This document shows positions 1 through 12,069 of a stretch of 64,000 nucleotides of DNA, piece after piece. The notes under the pieces are model-generated. The model had not been told where the DNA came from, made no database searches, and was given only the letters and a program-made list of their open reading frames with translations. The DNA lies in NCBI GenBank assembly GCA_051313645.2, contig JBNRSN020000005.1:300080001-300144000 (forward strand). Direction: 5' to 3'. Position numbers and translations under genes: made by a program. Source of the DNA: Centroscyllium fabricii. Lineage: Eukaryota. Position 1 is the stretch's first letter. Every line of letters starts with the position of its first letter.

Positions 1-845
1 ACGTTTCAGGTCGATGACCTTTCTTCAGAACTGGAGAGGGAATGGATTTGAAAGCTGGTGGGGGCTGGGGAAAGGGGGAGGGGCTGAAAGAACAAAGGGG
101 AAGTCAGCGACAGGATAGAAGGCAGCGGAGATTAAGAGACAGAGAAACAATAAGAGAAATTCAAGGAACACAGGATGGCTCTAAAGGTGTGAACGGCTCC
201 GGCGGAGAAGAAAAAAGCCCAGACGAAAATGTGGATTGAAAAAAGAGAGAAAATATATATATATATAAAAATGTGATAGGAGCCGAGGTTATGATCTAAA
301 ATTGTTGAACTCTATGTTTAGTCCAGAGGGCTGTGGAGTGCCGAAGCGAACGATGAGATGCTGTTCCTCGAGTTTACGCTGAGCTTCCGTGGAACAGGGC
401 AATAGGCCACAGACAGTGAGGTCTGAATGGGAGTGGAGTGGAGAATTAAAGTTACAGGCCACCGGGAGCTCGGGGTCTCCCTTACGGACTGAATAGAGGT
501 GTTCTGCAAAGTGGTCACCCAATCTGCGTTTGGTCTCCCTGATGTAGAGGAGACCACATCGTGAGCAGCGAATACAGTATACTAAATACAGTATACTAAA
601 TTGCAGGAAGTACCCGCAGGAATCGCTGTTTCACCTGGAAGGGGTGTTTAGGGCCCTGGACAGCGGGAAGGGGGGAGGTATAAGGGCATGTGTTGCATCT
701 CCTGCGCTTGCACGGGAAGGTGCCGGGTGAAGGGGGAGGGGTGCTGAGGGTGGTAGAGGAGTGGACTGGGGTGTCGCGGAGGGAGCGGTCCCTATGGAAC
801 GCTGCTGATGGGAAGATGCATTTGGTGGTGGGATCACGTGTGAAA
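1..845 (-). mobile_element. Penelope-like element 3' part: degenerate GIY-YIG C-terminus plus hammerhead-like motif at window edge
   Basis: ORF 289-522 (DHFAEHLYSV...LPVACNFNS..HS.SDL...EEQHLI.RFGT.QP.GLN.EF); minus strand 1-30 reads CTGAAGA-A-AGGTC-ATC-GACCT-GAAACGT. Confidence 0.85.
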
Positions 846-1496
846 ATGGCATCCCTTTTACAATAAAATTTTGGCAGTTAAGATGCTCATTCCCTTAGCC
901 AGTTAGTTACAAATTGATCTCTACGCTGTGGCAAATGTTTGAACTTTGAGTTTTGATGAATAACATTTAAACACTAAAACTTCAAAATTACTTTGCCCGG
1001 AAATGGTTCTATTGGAGAACATTGTGCTAGTAACAGCTGTGTAACAAAAGAACACCTGAAAACAGTAGGTTGTTGATCTGTAGATTATAGTATTGCTTAA
1101 AGGAGACAGTGCACATTAATCAGCTACTGAGACGGTGTCTGGGAACAGTCAGCTATTAAGCTGACAACCGTTTCACTGTACCTGTACATATCCCTTCCTT
1201 AGCTTCACATTTCAACTTTGCAAGTACATTAAATATTCCTTCTGATATCCGTACATCTGTTTGCCTAGACAACTGATAGAATTTAGGACCCAGTACAATC
1301 TCCATCTTCAAAAAAGTGTTTGACCGCCGGGGACCAGAATTCAAACATAGCACTCAGCCCTGCAGCATACGTTACTACCATCATGGCTGCATTAAGTTTA
1401 CTGTACAGGAAGTACTCACTGAGGTAATATTTTTATATGTATTTTTCTCATACCCTACATTAAAAAAAAAGAGAATCCTGAATATGAATGTCATTA

Positions 1497-2200
1497 AGAA
1501 CATAAGAAATAAGAGCAGGAGTAGGCCTACGGCACCTTGAGCCTGCTTTGTCATTCAAAACGATCATGGCTGATCATTGACATCAACTCCACTTTCCTGC
1601 CTGATCTCAATATCCCGCAATTCCCCATGAGTCCAAAAATCTATCTATCTCAGCCTTGAATATACTCAAAGACTCAACATGCACAGCCCTCTGGGGCAGA
1701 AAATTCCAAAGATTCACAACCCCCAAGTGAAGAAATTCCTCCTCATCTCGGTCTTAAATGGCCGACCCCTTATCCTGAGACGATGATCCCCTAGTTCTAG
1801 ACACTCCAGCCAGGGGAAACAACATCTCCGCATCTACCCTGTCAATCCCCTTCAGAATCTTGTATGTTTCAATGAGATCACCTCTCATTCTTCTAAACTC
1901 CAGAGCGTATAGGCCCATTCTGCACAATCTCTCATCATAGGACAGCCCTCTCATCCCAGGAATCAGTCTAGTGAACCTTTGTTGCACCGCCTCCAAGGCA
2001 AGTATATCCTTCTTTAGATAAGGAGACCAAAACTGTGCACAGTACTCCAGGTGTGGTCTCACCAAGGCCCTGTACAATTGTAGCAAGACTTCATTTTATA
2101 CTCCAACCCCTTTGCAATAAAGGCCAACTTGCCATTTGCCTTCCTTAATGCTTGCTGTACCTGCATGCTAGCTTTCTGTGTTTCTTGCACGAGGACACCC
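1497..2200 (-). mobile_element. CR1-type LINE 3' fragment
   Basis: ORF 1754-2086 LYRALVRPHLEYCAQFWSP...RMRGDLIETYKIL; 3' tail ggcctactcctgctc plus short tandem repeat. Confidence 0.92.
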
Positions 2201-2590
2201 ACTAGTTTGAAATTGGAGCTGAACTATTGCAACTGTGGTAAAGTCACCTATCCGCTACGTCGGTTTATTTCGTTTTGAAAGGAAAGAATACACAAAGTAT
2301 TTAAATCAAGTTCTTGAAAGAAGTTGTTTGTCCTCCGATTGTGGAATCGAGCATGAGGTTGTGGTTGCTGAACACAGCTATTACCATTATGTTAGCCATA
2401 CGAGTTTAAACAGACTGGTTTGACCAAGAATGGAATTGTAAGCATCTATGACACTTTTGTATTAAAGGAATTCATTGATGACGCACAAATTGCAAAGAGC
2501 AGGCTGGTGACACAGTGGGTTATTACTCTGACCTTTTTTGATAGATATTCCGTTTCATGCCAATGATTCCCAGCACCATCAGTGGATGAA

Positions 2591-2940
2591 ATGGTGGCGC
2601 AGTGGTTAGCACTGCTACCTCGCAATAAGGAGCTCCTGGATTCAAATCCTGCTTGGCCCGGGACACCTCTGCGTGGAGTTTGCATGTTCTCCCCGTGTTC
2701 GTGTGGGTTTCCTCCGGGTACTCCGATTTCCTCCCACCACCCAAAGACATGCAGGTTAGGTGAATTGGAGATACTAAAAATTGCCCATGAGTATGTGTGT
2801 GAGATATAGTTCTTAGAGTTGGGGGGATATGGGAAGAGGGTAAGAGGGGGGTGCTGGGTTTGGATGATCAGCCATGATCTCATCAAAAATGGCGAGCAGG
2901 CTCGAAGGGCCGAATGGCCTACTCCTGCTCCTATCTTTGT
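2591..2940 (+). mobile_element. tRNA-derived SINE with CR1-shared 3' tail (HE1/V-SINE-like)
   Basis: A box tggcgcagtgg, B-box-like gattcaaatcc, central ggagtttgcatgttctccccgtg core; tail shared with the CR1 3' ends in this window. Confidence 0.85.
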
Positions 2941-2976
2941 TTAAGGGAAGAGGAGAAATCCAAGTCAACTGGTATT

Positions 2977-3290
2977 CATATCATAGAATCCCTACAGTGC
3001 AGATAGAGGCCATTTCGGCCCATCGAGCCTGCACCGACACATATCCCACCCTAGTCCCGTAACCCCACATATTTAATCCCCCTAACACTAAGGGTCAATT
3101 TATCATGGCCAATCAACCTAACCCGCACATCTTTGGACTGTGGGAGGAAACCGGAGCACCCGGAGGAAACCCACGCAGACACGGGGAGAATGTGCAAACT
3201 CCACACAGATAGTACCCGAGGCCGGCTTTGAACCCGGGTCTCCAGTGCTGTGAGGCAACAGTGCTAACCACTATGCCACCGTGCCGCCCG
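2977..3290 (-). mobile_element. tRNA-derived SINE (same superfamily), tail-to-tail with the preceding copy
   Basis: Reverse complement of the SINE head and core; near-identical to copies at 28720 and 60048. Confidence 0.85.
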
Positions 3291-3895
3291 TCTGTCCATG
3301 TATATTCCACCAACACCAGAAAGACAGATCAGTGATAATAAACACCATCAGTAACCATACTATTTTTTCAAAGGCTCTACTTTCAGAATTCTATTGGGAA
3401 CAAACTTCTGTGAATTTTTTTTTTTTAATTTAGTGTAGTTATGAATTTTGTATCAGTTTTCTGCTATCGAGTCCATACAGTGGGAACTGGATTACCCCAA
3501 CCTGCTTTTTGAGCTAAATCCAAAGTTGGATACCTAAAGTACAAATGCAGTTCCAGTCTCTGGAATGCAAGTTTGTATAATTTAATTTAACCATTAACTA
3601 CGAGCACACATACTTTCAGGTATTGTACCCAGTAAGGTATCATTTGAAACAAATTCATGGCATGCTTTTTCCTGAAAATATATCTTCAGATTTCAGTTGA
3701 AGGAATGCAGTGGGGCCTAACTGTTCCACTCTTGGTTGAATATGCACCCTTCTGTAGTCAACCATTGTGAATCAAATAGGTAGCCACAGAATGACAAAAG
3801 TTCTAATACAGCACTGTTGTCAAATACACCTTTGATTGCTTTGATGTCCCTCAGCTGAGGTGTGATGTGAAACAACTGGAGAGACCACATTGTTT

Positions 3896-3896
<1 letters not shown>

Positions 3897-3972
<76 letters not shown>
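3897..3972. repeat. Compound (TC)n(TA)n microsatellite
   Basis: Seen directly; shorter versions occur in the homologous copies at about 4300 and 63520. Confidence 0.95.
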
Positions 3973-3974
<2 letters not shown>

Positions 3975-4401
3975 TATGTTTAAATGAAACACTTAAAATA
4001 TGTTAATAAGCCTTTGTGTGTCTATCTCTACTGAGGTGAGATGTGATGTGGAGGTGCCGGTGTTGGACTGGGGTGGACAAATGCAAGAAGTCACGCAACA
4101 CCAGATTATAGTCCAACAGTTTTATTTTAAATCACAAGCTTTCGGAGCTTTTGCCCCTTCGTCAGGTGAAAGAGAGAGACTGACTTGAAGAACGCACATA
4201 GAAGGGAGAAATCCGATCTCGCCCACATCTCACCTTAGCAGAGCCAGACAGAGTACACAAAGGCGCATTAACATATTCTAAGAGATTCATTTAAACATAG
4301 CATATATAGAGAGAGAGAACAATGTGGTCTGTGGTGAGATGTGGGAGATATCGGATTTCTCCCATCATCACATATGTGCGTTCTTTAAGTCAGTCTCTCT
4401 C

Positions 4402-4439
4402 TCACCTGACGAAGGGGCAAAAGCTCCGAAAGCTTGTGA
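4402..4439 (+). ncRNA. Minimal type-I hammerhead ribozyme-like motif
   Basis: UCAC-CUGACGA-A-GGGGC-AAAA-GCUCC-GAA-AGCU-U/GUGA: stem I UCAC:GUGA, 5-bp stem II, palindromic AGCU stem III. Antisense twin at 4132-4169. Confidence 0.7.
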
Positions 4440-5625
4440 TTTAAAATAAAACTGTTGGACTATAATCTGGTGTTGTGTGACTTCTTGCATTTGTCAAATA
4501 CATCATTTTAGGAGGTAAAAGGTAATCAAATCACGATGGGGAAATACAATATGTAACATTAAAAGGATCCCACTGTCGAACAATAGGTTTTCTGTGCCAT
4601 CTGTTGATGTAATTAGTGCTGATCGAGTCACAAGTGCAACTAAAAGGCACCTGACAGTCAGCAGCTGGTGGCTGCAAAGAATGGAAAGGGATGCCTGCAT
4701 GGTTTCAAATGAAGCAATTTGAAAGCGATGGACCAGTGGCATGTTTAATCTTCAAAGTTGTCTTGCCGAGATTTTCCAATTAACTTAAATATATGTCAGG
4801 TAGCTACAGAACTGTTTGCATCATTCATCTAAGTGTCTAATGCCGTTACTGTTGGAGAGGATAATGAGGGCTCAATGTTCCAGTGTTATTGTGCTCAGTC
4901 CTGATGATTTAATGCTCAGTCATGTAACATTTCATATTTGGGAAAAATCGTTTGCAAGTTTGGTGTTCAGGCTCCAAAATGGTGAACTGTCACTTTGAAG
5001 TATTAAATGATCGTTGTGATGTGGCCTGTAAAGTGCGGTTATCTTTAATGTGGTGAAAAAAATTGGAGCCGTGGTGGGCTCTAAATGACTTGGCCTAGGT
5101 GTTGTAGTTACTCACCAGTTAACATCCATTTCTCATATAGGAGAGTTCCACTAAAGTTCTTCAATTAAAAATATGTTTTATTAGTTTTGTCTTGAAAAAA
5201 ATAGATTTATTTCTGTAAGGCTGCTATGACCTTTAAGATGGGCTATTTACGTTCAGTTTATGGTCCTAATTCTATAACATAAATTATAAACTATTTCCTT
5301 TTGATAACCATAACTCTTTGATTTTTAGGTGGAAGGGACGGCGTGGTCTTGGTCTGCTAATTAATGCACTGCACCGCTGCATGGGATAACAGGGTTCACA
5401 CCCACAGTTCCCCACTCATAGAAATTCCAGTTACAACTGGAGAGGCACTGAGTGGAGGCAAGATACTCTTTTCCACCCCCCAAATCACCACCATAAGGAT
5501 GAAGGGGAAATCCGAGAAGCCAGTCTTTGCATGGTGCTTTTTCACAACTTGTGCGGTTTTGGTCATTACATGACTGGTATTGGTAGTCATATGGGAATGT
5601 GTTGCTGGCTTGCCACTTAGGCTTG

Positions 5626-5881
5626 TGATGCGCTATCAATAACCTCAAAAGACGAGAAGTTATGTGAATAAACTATAGGCTTTTATTAGCTAAAGAACAG
5701 GAGCATCCCTCTGCTACTCGACTGGTCCCAGACTGAGTGGGGGTTGGGAGACGGCCACCCTTATACCTGGGTCCGGGGGAGGAGCCACAGGCGGAGTCAG
5801 CAGGGGCATGCCCAGGCAGGTTACATGCAGACAGGTATAGTGAACTATAATACAATATATACAATACAGTGGTTTACCACA
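5626..5881 (-). mobile_element. Solo LTR (256 bp)
   Basis: TG...CA termini; perfect 5-bp TSD GCTTG (5621-5625, 5882-5886); TATAA and AATAAA in order on the minus strand. Confidence 0.9.
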
Positions 5882-6049
5882 GCTTGCACAGGAGTCAAAG
5901 GGGGAGAAAAATCAAGTGTTAGAGGGGGGAGCAGAAATTAATTTGAAAGTTTCATCTCTATGAATATATTCCTTATTTCATCATTTGGTTTCAACAGCAT
6001 TATTTAGAGAAGCCTGTAGTAATGATTAAATAGAATAGTAATTTCTGAA

Positions 6050-6945
6050 ATGCAGAGCAGATGTTCTAAATTTGCCAATGACCCCAAACTTGGGGGTGTG
6101 GCAAACAGTGAGGATGATGCCAATTGACTGCAACAGGACATAGAAAGGCTAGCAGAATGGGCAGACAAGTGGCAGATGGAATTTAATATAGAGAAATGTG
6201 AGGTGATGCATTTTGGCAGAAGGAACAGGGAGAGCCAATATACACTTAATGGCACAGTTGTAAAGAATGTACAGGGACAGAGGGATCTAGGAGTTAATGT
6301 GCATAGGTCCCTGAAAGTGGCAGGACATATTGAGAGAGTGGTTAGCAAAGCATATGGGATCTTGGGTTTCATAAATAGAGGTATTGAGCACAAAAGTAGA
6401 GAAGTTATGCTGAATCTTTATAAAGCGCTGGTTAGGCCACAACTGGAGTTTTGCATCCAGTTCTGGTCACCACACTTTAGGAAGGATGTGAAGGCCCTTG
6501 AGAGGTTGCAGAGGAGATTTACCAGAATGGTTCTGGGGATGGGGACAGGTTGGAGAAGCTGGATTTGTTTTCATTAGAGCAAAGCAGGTTGAGGGGTGAT
6601 TTGATAGAGGTGTACATGATTATGACCGGTTTGGATAAGCTAGACGGGGAAAGGATGTTCCCACTAGTTGATGGTACAAAGACTATGGGACACAGATTTA
6701 AGGTTTTGGGCAAGAGATACAGGGGGGATGTGAGGAAAAACTTTTTTACGCAGCGAGTAGTGAGGACCTGGAACTCACTGCCGACAGAAGTGGTGGAAGC
6801 AGAGACACGCAATGTTTTCAAGGGGAGACTAGATAAGCACTTGTACGGTGACAGCGGGGGAATGGAACTGACTGGATTGCTCTGCAGAGAACCGGCACAG
6901 ACTAGGTGGGCCAAATGGCCGCCTCCTGCGTCTCTGTGACTATAT
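6050..6945 (+). mobile_element. CR1-type LINE 3' fragment (frameshifted RT C-terminus)
   Basis: ORFs 6176-6577 (WQMEFNIEKCEVMHFG, LYKALVRPQLE) and 6550-6939 (RLRGDLIEVY, FFTQRVVRTWNSLP). Confidence 0.93.
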
Positions 6946-7049
6946 GACAAAATGTTTCAAGGGGGAAGATTAAAAAATATATAGAAGGAATGTCAAGTAG
7001 TTTCAGATGAATTATTCACCAGTTAACAATTTAAAATTGGATGCACTTA

Positions 7050-7400
7050 CAGGTTGAGCACCGGTAATCCGACACCCTTAGGACCAGGCTGGTGCCGGAC
7101 CACTGAAAATTCCGAACCACTGAAGCTTCGGGGGTAGAATACTCCCCGGGGCCCGGAGCGTGCGGGTAGAACACTCCCTGGAGCGCGCGGGTAGAATGTT
7201 CCCCGGGAGGGAGCCCGGGGATAGAACACTAAAAAGCAGAAACCCAAACGCCCGACGCCTTAGGCGCTCGCCCACCCTTCACGGGAAGCGGTGGCGCCGC
7301 CGAGCGGCTGCTCCGCAAACTGAAGGCCGCTGGTTTCGATTCGTGCCAGACCACTGAAGATGCCGGACCATCGGGTGCCGGATTACCGGTGCTCAATCTG
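7050..7400 (-). mobile_element. Tc1/mariner(pogo)-type MITE, family A, inverted relative to the 18018 and 23254 copies
   Basis: TIR CAGGTTGAGCACCGGTAATCC; TA on both flanks. Confidence 0.9.
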
Positions 7401-7599
7401 TACTAACTTTGTTGAATTTTATTATTTAAGAATATCATTAAACATTAATTTGCCTAAAGCTAATGTGAACAAAGCATTTGAATGGTAATCTGTGTCTGTG
7501 AAGAAGGGAGAACAAAAATTTATATTTAATATATGTACAGTGGTTGGATTCAGCACAGTTTTGAAAGCTTGGATACATTCACTTGGTCCAGAGTGCTTA

Positions 7600-8163
7600 A
7601 GGCCCTGTCACACCTAGACGTTTTAGCCAGCCTATGCAAATGAGGCTAAAACGCTGAACTTTCGACACTTTGTTCAATTTTTGGAGTATTGGACGTATGC
7701 ATAACGTATGCGTAACGTATTAGTAACGTACACAGAGCGTATCAATAACGAATGCTTAGCGTTCACAACTTATGCCCAACGATAGTCTAACGTATGCATA
7801 GCGCGCGGCAGCGTATCGCCGACGTTTTAGATAAATTTAGAAAAAATTGGAAAACGCTAGCTTTAAATCGTCAAGGTGTGACAGGGCATGACAGGGGCAA
7901 GGTAATGTGTGTTTAACGATCGCCTAACGTGCCTACAACGTATGTCCAGCGTATGCAGAACGTATAAATCGTAACATTTATACGTCGTGATTTTTTGTGC
8001 ATGCACAAAAAATCACGACTTATACGACTTATACAACTTATGGCCAGCGTATGCCAGCGTGCTCTTAACGTATGCATAACGTACCCATAACTTGTCCAAC
8101 GTATACCAGCGTATCGGCCAAATTTGCATACGCAAGCTAAAACGTCAAGGTGTGACAGGGCCT
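7600..8163. mobile_element. PIF/Harbinger-type MITE rich in ACGTAT repeats
   Basis: TIR AGGCCCTGTCACACCT(A/T)GACGTTTTAGC; TSD TTA/TTA; an extra internal TIR copy near 7870-7887. Confidence 0.85.
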
Positions 8164-9814
8164 TTAATGCAACTTGGTTTTAGCTTGTGTTGAGTAAACG
8201 CCATGAGTCACTTACAAGGTAGAAAACTATTTATTGGCTGAGGATAGCATGAGTGCAGAAATTCTATTGAGCTGTGCTGAAGTTGGAAAGTCAAAATGTT
8301 CATACACAATTCAGTATAGAATTAAACATTCCAATCTGTATGTAAACTAAAGTAAGTTTCTCAAGTGCAGTCATTCAAGTTATTTCAGCATCTGTCTTAC
8401 TAACATATTGCAGAAACACGGGCACTGATGGTTACCATTTTCCCCATTAGCCTCTGTTGAAACTGGATGGCCTGTAATCACGTTGGTTTAAATTCTTTGT
8501 CATCTTTTCTGTACTTCAAACAATTACAAAACTATTAAGGAGAAATTGGTGTTTGAGTTGTCTTCAAAATGAATAACTGTAATTTTGTCTTGCGTTAGCG
8601 CTGTGCTTGTAGGCTTTTTGCTAAGTTCCCCCAGAGTAAAACAAAAGCCATGGAAAGTATAAATCAGAAATAGTCACAATTTTGGGCCATTTATGATGAC
8701 GGTCTAGTCTGGATTAATTGCCAGTGCTGAAAATACTGTAGAATGGAAACCTTCATTATTATAAGGGAGTGTAGGAAGAGGCCCAAAAAGGAAATGGAAT
8801 AAGGTCAAGTTTAAGCCAATTATTTTTTTTAAATTCCACATTAGTTTGATTTATTTCAGGAAGTTCAGGTTGCAGTTAGAAATGGGATTTCACATAAATT
8901 AAAACAAATGTACAAACAAACTATATTTTCCATTTGTAAGGATAAGGACATATTTGAGTTCTCTTCTCATTCTTTACTTAGCAACACAGTTTTGCAAATC
9001 ATGAATAAAAATGAGGGAGGGTTTTTTTGTACGGAGCTGGAGATGGAGAGTTCCACTGAAGTTTCTGAATAAAAAATAGATTAGTTGGCTGTGCAACATA
9101 TGTATTGCAACAAAAAGGGATCACTAAAACCTGGTAATTTACAGGGAGTTCAAAATGTAAAGTGAATATAAGTAAAATGTGACTTGCATTACTTTTACAA
9201 AAGATGTCTAGATGTGTACGGTCTTCTAGTGTTAGGAGTTCATTCATCTGTGTGTTTGGAGGTATTGAATTTGCAGCCAGTTTCCAGGTCTGTGTTTTGA
9301 ATGCATTCCTCATTACTCTGGAGCATATGCAGCCCTGGCACATCTGTAGAATCTCGCTTAAAGCTGCTTGAAATGTGCACATCAATGGAAAATAGTTTTC
9401 TTCCAAAAGAACATTAATACAGTTCTGTACCTTGAGGTTTGCTTCTCCGAGTAAAAACTGAAGTATCTTTTTTTATATCCTTTATTCCCACAGATGTAGA
9501 GGGAAAAATAGACTTGAAACAAGTAGTAAGCCGCTGCCTCCTTTCTGGGAGAGGGAAAAATACTTAGTTGGCCTTAGTTTAAATCTAATCAGTAAATTAC
9601 TTCTTCATTAATTCTTCTTTGGCTCTACCACATCATCCCTTATTGCAAAATGCTAATTATAGACGTACTGTGGTACAGTACTTTTACTTGCTAAATTTAC
9701 TTCAGGAAATGCAGCTATTGTAGTTTAGTAAGTTTATTTCAGCAAACTTTGTAATAGCCTAAGTGTATTAAAGTCACACCCTGTTGATTCTGATACCCTT
9801 TTGCGAGGGGGGGG

Positions 9815-10210
9815 TGGGGTTCGATTTTCAACTGCCCCTTTCTCGCCGGAAGAACAGGCAACCGGCAGAGATCTTGGGCACCCACTTTCCCACCTGATTC
9901 AGTTTTCAAGCAGGCTTTTAAATGGGCACTCAGCACTCCTGCCCCAAACAGGCAAATTGAGGTCCTATGTACAAATGGACGAAGCATGCAGAGTGCGCGC
10001 TAGTCTCAGTTTTTCCAGGTGTTATGGAACCTAACCAGTGATCCTTTTTTTTTTTTAATTAAGATTTTTGTGGGGACACAATTATTCATGCTCCTCCTGG
10101 CCTCGCCCAAATCTTCGGGCCATTCTCGCCCACTCCCTCCAAGCCCTATCTGTTGCCCAGCCCTGTGTAGAGGCTGGACAATTGAGCTACAGCAGGAACC
10201 TGCTTTGGTG
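9815..10210. mobile_element. Degenerate GC-rich MITE-like fragment related to the 45282 element
   Basis: Begins ggggttcgattttcaac; shares a gtgggg...ctcctcc block with about 45590-45630. Confidence 0.45.
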
Positions 10211-10443
10211 CCTGCAGCTCGCTAATAAAATTTAAATGAAGCCTGCACCTGAATATGGTTCTAGCTTCCCGATTCTAGCCTCGGGCTTGTGGCGTCTGCC
10301 AATATCTCACTTGTTTTGGACCCATTTGAATATATCTCTTTCCCTCCCCCCACAACCCCACTGTGTTTGAATGATATGTTATTAACTACAAAAAGATTTG
10401 GTTTATGCAGTATTAAAGATACATTGGTGCTTGTTTGAAACAG

Positions 10444-10613
10444 GTCCCCCATACTGGACTCAACCTAATAAGATGGAGAAGAAGTTGCACGCTGTCCCAG
10501 CAGCCAACACTGTAAAGTTCCGCTGTCCAGCAGCAGGGAACCCGAAGCCAACCATGCAATGGTTAAAAAATGGCCGTGAGTTCAAACCAGAATATCGAAT
10601 GGGTTCATATAAG
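10444..10613 (+). CDS. FGFR2: FGFR2 exon, Ig-II first half ([28 protein letters not shown]...GSYK)
   Basis: cag acceptor ends 10443; gtaagg donor at 10614; 170 bp; [24 protein letters not shown] motif. Confidence 0.97.
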
Positions 10614-10989
10614 GTAAGGGCTTATTTCTCCATTTCTCTGATTTATGATAACACAACCTGTATAAATATACAGCAAGCACCAAATTGAAAAATGAGTACC
10701 AGCCTTCAAATTCCCTGAAGGATCTTTGTAACCTGGCATCCAATGCAGTTAAATGGGCAAAAGAAAATCTTGAAAATTACTACAGCAACTTACTGCACAT
10801 TGTCACAACCCATCTGGGAAAGCAGTATGTTGGTGCAGGTTTGTAGTGTCTGTGACTTGGCTGGATTCAGTGCAGTGGTTGTTGCACTTGGCAGAAGCAG
10901 TGGGACAGTGCAGGTTTATGCTTGTACTCACAGCAGTTTGCCAAGTAGACAAAAGTATTTTGCCCATGTACAGCAACAACTTGCAGTTT

Positions 10990-11470
10990 AAAAAAAGTGC
11001 ATTTTAGTGTGGAAAAAAACATCCCAAGTTGCTTTACCGAGCGTAACGAAAATAAGCGCCGAGCCAAAGCGGGAGGAATCAGGAGGGGTGACCAAAGGCT
11101 TGGGCAAAGAGATGGGTTTCAAGAAGGGCCTTAAAGGAGGAGAGGGAGGAGGAGAGTTCTGGAGGGGATGTTTCAGAGAGTGCGGCTGCCATTGATGTGG
11201 CGAAAGGAAAGAGGATGCACAAGTGGCCTGAGGAATGGAGAAGTTGGTGGGAGTTGTATTGCGAGAGAAGGTTATAGAGGTAGGGAGGGGCCAGGCCACA
11301 GAGGGATTAGAACACTAGGATGAAAATATTAAACCTGAGGTCGGGGTTGGAGGCGGGGAGAAACAGAAGCCAATGTTGGATGGCAAGCGCAAGTATGACG
11401 AGACATGATAGGATATGGACAGCAGAACTTTGGATGAGCTGATGTTTATGGAGCATGGGAGAGCATTGGA
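10990..11470 (-). mobile_element. Old L2-like LINE 3' fragment
   Basis: Purine-rich strand typical of L2; minus-strand peptide WNSLP-like/FLKPISL remnants. Confidence 0.5.
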
Positions 11471-11885
11471 ATAATCAGGAGCCACTGTTACAGCTCGCCG
11501 CCCATTTCTCACTTGGAAAAATTGGCTGCGGCAAATGAGAATCGGCGTGTTCCAACTGTTACCACAAAAAAAAAGGCCAGCCGTGTGACAGCCCACCTGA
11601 GGCATTTAAATGAAGCTGGCAAGAATGGCCAGGTGGCCCAGCTGCTTTGCCGACTTTGTGCCCATTTCGGGCGGAAGTCGAAGATTATTTCCATTGAGTC
11701 TGATTTTTGTTTTTAACCCTCCCCAGTGTCAGGATATTGAAGCCAAATGTAAGGCTCCTATAGCCACCCTGGGCTGAATTACAGCCGCAGATTTGGTCGC
11801 TACACGTCACACTCTACAGGTACCATCCTGCGACACGCAGCTAAGTACAACTGGCCTCTAAGTAACGCTTCAACTGCAAGATAGT

Positions 11886-12069
11886 GGAGCTCACTTTCAA
11901 CTTTGGCAGGGGCAGAAAACTGGCGGTAATGGCACAGCTGCCTGTTATACACCTTACCCAATTTCTCATTGACTTCAATGGAAAGGAAAGTTAGGCAGAG
12001 GGTTGATAAAGGGCAGCCGATCCGCTACCACCCATTTCCAGGCCCTGCCGAAGTCAAAAATTGTCCCCC
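11886..12069. mobile_element. Short palindromic (fold-back) MITE-like repeat; related copy at about 27971-28124
   Basis: Imperfect inverted arms (ctttggcagggg / ccctgccgaag) around a cattgacttcaatg centre. Confidence 0.55.

Larger units (their letters stand above)
3829..4495. mobile_element. Rearranged non-coding Penelope-like terminal-repeat element with two hammerhead-like motifs
   Basis: Homologous to 63418-63610; internal inverted duplications; flanked by direct repeat ttgtcaaataca (3817-3828 and 4491-4502). Confidence 0.8.

Noticed and set aside
2591-2665. tRNA genes at SINE heads (also 3215-3285, 29030-29100, 59940-60005)
   Set aside because: A and B boxes are present but there is no cloverleaf, and they continue into SINE bodies.
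3717-3992. ORF with IYIYIY/ERERE
   Set aside because: Translation of a microsatellite.
1-10443. Upstream FGFR2 exons (signal peptide, Ig-I, acid box)
   Set aside because: I found no SSGDDEDD-like or Ig-I coding segment by eye; they probably lie upstream of the window.
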